Assembly: GCA_038396605.1 (NCBI GenBank)
Contig: CP121690.1
Location: 558,500-590,499 of the forward strand
From: Eubacteriales bacterium mix99
GTDB lineage: Bacteria; Bacillota; Clostridia; Caldicoprobacterales; DTU083
Length of the DNA: 32,000 nt
Direction of reading: 5' to 3'
Part shown: piece after piece, positions 26,121 through 32,000 of the stretch
How the letters are laid out: every line of letters begins with the position of its first letter
How positions within the stretch are numbered: the stretch's first letter is position 1
The notes under the pieces: generated by a model
Told to the model about the DNA's origin: nothing
Databases searched by the model: none
What the model saw: only the letters and a program-made list of their open reading frames with translations
Position numbers and translations under genes: made by a program

Positions 26121-27041
26121 TCAGCCCTTAACCGATCCAAGGGTCAGGCCTTTGACAAAGTATTTCTGGAAAAAAGGGTAAAATGCCAGAACCGGCGTCA
26201 TGGCCAGCACGGTAAGCGCCATCCGCATGGATTCGCCGGGCAGGTTCTCCAAAAGCTCCACTCCACCCTCCGACATGGCAAACTCCGGGTTGGAGCGTAA
26301 AAACTCCAGATTTTTCATAACCCGCTGCAGCAGATACTGTATGGTATACAGTTTGCTGTTTTCAATATAAAGCATCACCTCAAACCATTTGCTGAAGTAG
26401 GCAATGGCCGTAAACAACCCAATGGTGGCCAGGGCAGGCTTGCTGATGGGCAGAATAATCCGGGCGTAAATCCGCAGCTCACCTGCTCCGTCAATCTTGG
26501 CCGCCTCAATCAGGGATTCGGTCCCCAGGGAAGTAAAGAAAGTGCGCAGGACAATGATATTGTAAGCGGAACACAGCGTGGGAAGCAGCAGCACCCAGTA
26601 GGAATCGCGCAATCCAAAGACAGTGGTGTTGACGATATAGGAAGCCACCATGCCTCCATTAAACAGCATGGTAAAGTACGCAAAAAAGGTAAGCTGCCTG
26701 CGCAGGGCAAAATCCTCCCGGGAAATGGCATACGCATAGAGTGTCATAATCAGGAGGGACAAAACCGTGCCAAATATGGTCAGTGAAATACTGACCCAAT
26801 AGGACTGGAGAATCTGTCCACCGTCCTTGAACAGGTACTGATACGATGAGACGCTCCACTTAGCCGGAAGAAAGCTGAATCCATTGATCTTGATTGCCTT
26901 CTCCGCAGTAAACGAGCCAATGTAAATCAACAAAATCGGTAAAAAACAAAATAATGCAAAGAGACTAACCAATATGGATAAAATTACATTGGTTTGCGGT
27001 TTCACAGCAAGGGGACGATACCCCCGTTTCCTTTTTGCCAT
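26121..27041 (-). CDS. Carbohydrate ABC transporter permease (LplC-like)
   Basis: Six-TM permease with the loop LIEAAKIDGAGELRIYARIILP. I place the start at the ATG at 27041 behind AAAGGAGGA. The track start at 27203 overlaps the upstream gene. Confidence 0.9.
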   Translation of the reverse strand: MAKRKRGYRPLAVKPQTNVILSILVSLFALFCFLPILLIYIGSFTAEKAIKINGFSFLPAKWSVSSYQYLFKDGGQILQSYWVSISLTIFGTVLSLLIMTLYAYAISREDFALRRQLTFFAYFTMLFNGGMVASYIVNTTVFGLRDSYWVLLLPTLCSAYNIIVLRTFFTSLGTESLIEAAKIDGAGELRIYARIILPISKPALATIGLFTAIAYFSKWFEVMLYIENSKLYTIQYLLQRVMKNLEFLRSNPEFAMSEGGVELLENLPGESMRMALTVLAMTPVLAFYPFFQKYFVKGLTLGSVKG

Positions 27042-27054
27042 AATGGATCCTCCT

Positions 27055-27999
27055 TTAAAACATTGCCAAATCCGGGTCGATCTTCCTTGTGATCCAATTG
27101 ACCGTGACGACCAGAATAAAGCCACACAGGGATTGGAAAAATCCAGCTGCGGAAGACAGCGAGACATTATTGCTGGTACGAAGCATATTGTATACGAAAA
27201 CATCGATGGTATTGGTCACGGGATACAGCTGCCCGGAGTTCAGGGGAACCTGGTAAAAGAGATCAAAGTTGGAACTGAACATCCCCCCAACACGTAAAAT
27301 AGCCAGGATCACCGTCATGGGAATCAAAAAGGGGATGGTAATGTAACGGGTTTGCTGCCACTTCGTAGCTCCATCAATTACTGCTGCTTCATAATATTCA
27401 TCAGAAATGCCGGTAAGGGCTCCCATATAAATAATGCTGGAATATCCGGTGCTTTTCCAGATATGTATGATGTTCAGAATCCACGGCCAGTATTTGGTCT
27501 TACTGTAAAAGGCAATACGGGGGGATCCTATGGAATCCAGAAGATGTGCGATCATGCCGTTGTCCGCACTGCACAGTGCAAAAACAATGACGGAAACAAC
27601 CACATAGGAAACAAAATGAGGCATGATCACAAAGGTCTGAAGGGTACGCGCCAGCTTTTTGCTCAGCAGCTCGTTCAATCCGATCGCCAACAGCATAGGG
27701 CAAATAATTCCCGTAACCAGAAATGCGGCATTGTACAGCAGGGTATTCCGCAAGGAAAGCCAGAACGTTGCATTGTTATACATGAATTGAAAGTTTAATG
27801 AGCCAACCCAGGGACTGCCCCATATTCCAAGGCGGGGGATGAAATTTTTGAACGCCAGCAGCAGTCCATACAGCGGCATATAGGAAAAACAGATAAAAAC
27901 AAGGATCCCGGGAACGGTCATCAAAAACAATGAAATATTATCTTTCCATCGAACTTTCATCCGACGGGGCGATGGCCTCCGGGGAGACAGTTGAATCAT
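27055..27999 (-). CDS. Carbohydrate ABC transporter permease (LplB-like)
   Basis: Six-TM permease with the loop YEAAVIDGATKWQQTRYITIP. The preferred start is the ATG at 27999 behind GAAAGAGGG. Alternatives are 27960 and 28062. Confidence 0.88.
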   Translation of the reverse strand: MIQLSPRRPSPRRMKVRWKDNISLFLMTVPGILVFICFSYMPLYGLLLAFKNFIPRLGIWGSPWVGSLNFQFMYNNATFWLSLRNTLLYNAAFLVTGIICPMLLAIGLNELLSKKLARTLQTFVIMPHFVSYVVVSVIVFALCSADNGMIAHLLDSIGSPRIAFYSKTKYWPWILNIIHIWKSTGYSSIIYMGALTGISDEYYEAAVIDGATKWQQTRYITIPFLIPMTVILAILRVGGMFSSNFDLFYQVPLNSGQLYPVTNTIDVFVYNMLRTSNNVSLSSAAGFFQSLCGFILVVTVNWITRKIDPDLAMF

Positions 28000-28113
28000 A
28001 AAACAATGCCCTCTTTCCTGTGACAGTTTACAATCATTCAGTTGATTGAATCGTTTTGACAATTTCCCTCATAATTTCTTGTATAATCTGCTACATTGTC
28101 GTACAAATTTAAA

Positions 28114-29234
28114 AAATCCCCTAATGCATAGTGTTGCTTGATTACGTTTCAACATCAGTATTAGTAGCATAGAATTCTCTATACCTTAGCAATCTGGGAT
28201 TTTGAAATCCCAAATTTATCACACGCTCTACTTTTTCCAACAATTCGGCTGGCGGGTTTGTGACAAACGCAAACAAGTTCAGATATCCTTGTATGTCCTC
28301 GTGTTTGAAGCCGCTGTGAGAATTCAGGAAGTTTTTAAGTATGGCGTGAACGCGGTTGACCGGATTCATAGGGTTCACATTGTCAGGCATCCCTTTTAAG
28401 GATTTAGAAGGATGCACTACGCTTTTCAGCGAAAGCTTCTTAATCAGGCGGCTGTGCGAGGTGTCGCCGTCATGGATTAAGAGCGACCCTTGTCTGATAT
28501 GTTCCCCGAATGCCTCAAATGTCCTCTTTTGCGAAGGTTTGCCCGTGCCCTCCAGCAGAACCACACTGTTTTTCTTGTCTGTGGCAACGCCAATGCAGAG
28601 CTGGTTCATAGACAGCCCTCTCAGCTTGTCGCCGTTGTCCTTCCGCACCATGTCTTCCGCCCGGACGGAATAGAAGGTTTCGTCGAGCCAGATGTCGCCC
28701 GACAGGACGACCCCGTCCTGCACCCCTTCGAGCGTCAAGAAGAGCTTCTGAAGCCAGTATCTGGACGTTCTGAATGCGTTTTTGTTGTTCCAGGAGTCAG
28801 CGGTGATGCTTACGTGGTGGAATAAATTTAAGCAGTAGTCAGTCCATTCGCTGATTGGGATCCGGTGTTCATCGAAAATCGTGCCCGTAGTGGGCAGGAA
28901 GGTTTTGCCGCAGATGCACATATAGCGTTGCACCCCGCTGCGCGTATGGCCGCTCTTCTTAAAGCCTTCCGCCCCGCAGTATGGGCATTTAGCGGGGATG
29001 TGGGAATTAATCATCTCGGCTTCGCAACTATCGGCAACCTTCTGATGGCGGCTTTCGTAGCTGGCAATGTAGCGTCCCTGCAAAAATTTCTGTGTCGCAG
29101 TCATGTTTTCAGTCCCTTCCCATGGCGTTTTCCTGCGTGATTTCGCCCGTTCCATTCTATCCCTCCTGCATTTCCGTATGACGAAAGCATATCATACGAA
29201 CAACAGAAAAGCAACACTATGCATTAGGGGATTT
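28114..29234 (-). mobile_element. IS1595-family insertion sequence (1.12 kb)
   Basis: Perfect 26-bp terminal inverted repeats, AAATCCCCTAATGCATAGTGTTGCTT, lie at 28114-28139 and in reverse complement at 29209-29234. The flanking direct repeats are AATTTAA(A) at 28106-28113 and AATTTAA(C) at 29235-29242. Confidence 0.9.
28142..29155 (-). CDS. IS1595-family transposase (N-terminal zinc ribbon plus ISXO2-like DDE domain)
   Basis: 337 aa. CPYCGAEGFKKSGHTRSGVQRYMCICGKTF is the zinc ribbon, followed by the DETF...D...E DDE-type core. The RBS is AGGAGGG. Confidence 0.88.
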   Translation of the reverse strand: MERAKSRRKTPWEGTENMTATQKFLQGRYIASYESRHQKVADSCEAEMINSHIPAKCPYCGAEGFKKSGHTRSGVQRYMCICGKTFLPTTGTIFDEHRIPISEWTDYCLNLFHHVSITADSWNNKNAFRTSRYWLQKLFLTLEGVQDGVVLSGDIWLDETFYSVRAEDMVRKDNGDKLRGLSMNQLCIGVATDKKNSVVLLEGTGKPSQKRTFEAFGEHIRQGSLLIHDGDTSHSRLIKKLSLKSVVHPSKSLKGMPDNVNPMNPVNRVHAILKNFLNSHSGFKHEDIQGYLNLFAFVTNPPAELLEKVERVINLGFQNPRLLRYREFYATNTDVET

Positions 29235-29378
29235 AATTTAACATGAAACTGTACAAATAGTATAAAGCAAATTTCAAAAAGAGTCAATACGGTATTTCAT
29301 CTGATCTTTCGACAATTTCCGCAGGTCTGCAGCAGACGTCCGCCACTTGCAGACTGCAGAAACAGCATTGCCTTTGTT

Positions 29379-32000
29379 TCAGGCTCTTATCTTTACTTCA
29401 AAAATGGAATACGGATCCACTTCCATTGTGACAGCCCTGCCGTCTGCGGCAAGGACTCCCTTTACCGGATTCTCATCCAGGTCCACAAATTCTGCGGAGG
29501 CAACGTTTTTTGCAAACAGCAACTCCGCCCGGGCCATCCTGCCGGACGCATTGTATCCCCGTATCAGAACGGCGCCGTCCATTGCAGCCGTTACGGCAGT
29601 CGTGGCAATATTTTCTGCCGACATTTTCAGCAGGCTTTGCTTCATTGGCAGACTGCCGGAATGGGAGCCGGAAGACTGATAAAACAATTTATGGCGAAAA
29701 CAGGCAGACATCCTTTCCGCCGCTCCCGCATCTTCTCTTGCCGTCCCGATCAGCAGACGGATAGGGTGGATTCCCCTTTCCGGATAGGGATCCGGGCTCG
29801 TCGAGCTGTTGATCAGGGTCAGGGCCAGCGTGTTCCCGTTTCCCCTATAGCCGTATTTGCTGTCGCTTGCCAGAATCAACGATTCCGCCCCGCCCCCTGC
29901 GGCCATCCCATACTGCAGTGCCGGCACATCATTGGTCAGATCCCCGCGTTTTACCACCGCTCCCGGGACATCATACAAATATCCGCTGACCGGATAGGAA
30001 ACCGGGATCCGATAATCCAATACAGGAACGATATCCCCTCCGACTTCCTTCCAGTCGACGGTGATATCGATCCGGACTCCCGACTGATATTTATCCAGGG
30101 TATAGACCACCTCAATCACGGAATCTGCAATTTTATAAGTTGCCTTCACACTTTCCCGCAAAGGTCCCCGGGCTGTCTCTTCCAGCCGGACGCACTGATC
30201 CACCGGAATACTCCGGATGTGCCGGCCGATCTGCCAAGCACTGGATGTGTATTTTTCCGTTTCAACATAGGTGAGCCCTGCGGTTTCCCCGGCAATCAGT
30301 TCCCTACCGCCGGCATTGGACTTCAGGGAACACAGCCGCCCCGTTTTTGCATCCAGGACCGCTGTTATTTTGTCATTTTTCAGGATCCGATCCGAATAAA
30401 GGGAAGAGACCCTTTCTCTTGTCTGAAAATAAACCGGATAGGCTTCGGATTCCGTTTCGGAAAGAATCACTGTGGTATATCCGAAGGCAGGCACCGTGAC
30501 ATCCACCAGAATGCGGAAAAATTTATGATCCCAATACTGCTGCAGCTCGTCGTCCAGCAGCTGATGCTCCACGGTTTCCCCATTCGGACCCGTCACAGCA
30601 ATGCGCTTCAGATCTCCCGTCCAGTCCCAGACGGAAAGCTCCGCGACTTCCCTGCGCTCTTCCGGCAGGGTGTTGAAGATATGGAAAATTCTTGTCTTTC
30701 CCATACCCCGCTCTGCAGCGGGAGCTCCGGCAAAGTTTTCCACGCCGTATCCGGCGCCGGCTCCCTCGGACCGGGAATCATACGGATCCGGATCCGTTGA
30801 AATGGATGAAGTATCGATTTGTTCCGAAATGGCCAGCATGGCATTCGAAAGCTGCGTGTTTGCCGTCGCCATGGAGGTCTGATAGAGCCCCATGGCATGT
30901 TCCCTGGAATCCTGGACACAGGATCCGGTCAGGATATCATGAAATTGGGTAAACAGCACATCCTGCCAGGCTTTCACCAGCCGATCCCGCTGAAAGACAA
31001 AGCCTGCCAGACTTCCGGCCATGACCGAAAGATCCTCTGCATCCGTCAGTGCTGCCTCCAGCCGCTTGTTGCCTCTCTTGATCCGACTCTGCGTCGTATA
31101 GCATCCCGGTGCAAAATAGTTCAGCTCATGGCTGACCACGGGAAGCTGATCCCTTACCGTTTCCGCCTCCCGGAAAAATTCACGGATCGTCCCGAACCGG
31201 ATCCGGGGATAAATCCTCCAGGACATCATGTCCTTTGCCCGTTCGATATCACGCCGGGTGGGGCCGCCTCCGTGATCCCCGACACCGTATACCACCAGCC
31301 CGGTTTTCAGGCCGGCACACCGCCGGGACAGTTCCACAAGTCCCGCTCCGATATGGGGAGTAATTGCCCCATTGTACCAATTCGGCTCCCGGTAGGCCAG
31401 CACTTCCCTGCCGGAAGGAGCCCGGTAACGGTACAGGACGTAATCCCCGTCCAGGCCGCGGCAATGGTAATAATATTTTACATGCCCGAAGGTATTGATT
31501 TCCGGAACGTTGCCATTGTGCCCGAAAGTATCGGGAGAAAAATCCACATCAAAGTGTGAAACGCCCCAGGTTTTGGACAAATACTCCTTCGTGTACTGAA
31601 TGTGCCGAAGCAGGGATTCCATATTCGGCATGTTCTTGTCCGTTTCCACCCAGGCACTGGCGGTTACCTCCCAGCGTCCTTCCGCTATTCTGGCCCTGAT
31701 TCGTTCCATAAGGGAAGGATCGTAGTCTTCCACAATTTTATAGACAGCCGCCTGGGACTGGGAAAAGCAAAAATCCGGATACTCGTCCATGATGTTCAGT
31801 ATGGTGCGGAACGTTGCCAGCACCACCGATACGGTTTCATGGAATCCCCACATCCAGTTCATATCCATATGCGCATGTGCTGCCAGGATCAGCTGATACT
31901 CCCCGCATGCCTGCTCCAGATCCTCCAGCAGATCCTCTGCATGCTCACAGTCCCGGTTTGTCAACACGCCATTTTCGCGGACACAGGAAAGCAGATAATC
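29379..32000 (-). CDS. Glycoside hydrolase family 38 alpha-mannosidase (5' end beyond the window)
   Basis: GH38 motifs AAHAHMDMNWMW and YGVGDHGGGPTRRD. The reading frame stays open upstream of the track start (GTG at 31967) to the window edge. Long-form GH38 enzymes carry an extra N-terminal region, so this gene is probably truncated here. Confidence 0.88.
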   Translation of the reverse strand, partial: DYLLSCVRENGVLTNRDCEHAEDLLEDLEQACGEYQLILAAHAHMDMNWMWGFHETVSVVLATFRTILNIMDEYPDFCFSQSQAAVYKIVEDYDPSLMERIRARIAEGRWEVTASAWVETDKNMPNMESLLRHIQYTKEYLSKTWGVSHFDVDFSPDTFGHNGNVPEINTFGHVKYYYHCRGLDGDYVLYRYRAPSGREVLAYREPNWYNGAITPHIGAGLVELSRRCAGLKTGLVVYGVGDHGGGPTRRDIERAKDMMSWRIYPRIRFGTIREFFREAETVRDQLPVVSHELNYFAPGCYTTQSRIKRGNKRLEAALTDAEDLSVMAGSLAGFVFQRDRLVKAWQDVLFTQFHDILTGSCVQDSREHAMGLYQTSMATANTQLSNAMLAISEQIDTSSISTDPDPYDSRSEGAGAGYGVENFAGAPAAERGMGKTRIFHIFNTLPEERREVAELSVWDWTGDLKRIAVTGPNGETVEHQLLDDELQQYWDHKFFRILVDVTVPAFGYTTVILSETESEAYPVYFQTRERVSSLYSDRILKNDKITAVLDAKTGRLCSLKSNAGGRELIAGETAGLTYVETEKYTSSAWQIGRHIRSIPVDQCVRLEETARGPLRESVKATYKIADSVIEVVYTLDKYQSGVRIDITVDWKEVGGDIVPVLDYRIPVSYPVSGYLYDVPGAVVKRGDLTNDVPALQYGMAAGGGAESLILASDSKYGYRGNGNTLALTLINSSTSPDPYPERGIHPIRLLIGTAREDAGAAERMSACFRHKLFYQSSGSHSGSLPMKQSLLKMSAENIATTAVTAAMDGAVLIRGYNASGRMARAELLFAKNVASAEFVDLDENPVKGVLAADGRAVTMEVDPYSIFEVKIRA

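Noticed and set aside
22584-29234. A composite transposon formed by the two IS elements around the transporter cassette.
   Set aside because: The flanking elements belong to different families (ISLre2 versus IS1595) with unrelated inverted repeats and transposases.

Overview
This 32-kb chromosomal segment has about 50% GC and looks like a Firmicutes/Clostridia genome: it carries a T-box leader, LplABC/YesMN-type sugar-uptake loci, and ISLre2- and IS1595-family insertion sequences. Almost all genes are on the minus strand. Reading left to right in window coordinates:
- a heterodimeric ABC exporter pair (260-3749);
- a class II B12-dependent ribonucleotide reductase with candidate NrdR boxes (4009-7297);
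- mscL, a DUF47 gene and a PiT phosphate transporter (7441-9601);
- a divergent MetRS-family gene behind a T-box leader (9724-12302);
- a YesN/YesM-like two-component system followed by a solute-binding protein and two permeases (12327-18690);
- a small HEAT-repeat protein and two aldo/keto reductases on the plus strand (19114-21568);
- a PHP phosphoesterase (21579-22469);
- an ISLre2-family IS (22584-24458);
- a second solute-binding protein and two-permease cassette (24509-27999);
- an IS1595-family IS (28114-29234);
- a GH38 alpha-mannosidase that runs off the window end.

I found no CRISPR array, no tRNA or rRNA gene, and no recognisable defence or toxin system. I also cannot point to a convincing multi-gene novel system. 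The least ordinary items are:
1. The metG locus. In my hand fold its T-box specifier loop has no AUG and its discriminator-pairing base is C. The enzyme reads KASSS where KMSKS is expected. Perfect tandem duplications sit at both ends of the gene.
2. A 135-nt three-helix hairpin in the long non-coding tail of the ISLre2-like element.
3. An IS1595 copy with perfect inverted repeats and a near-perfect target-site duplication. It splits a 21-bp-phased direct repeat upstream of a transporter operon.

All structural claims are hand folds and need computational confirmation.
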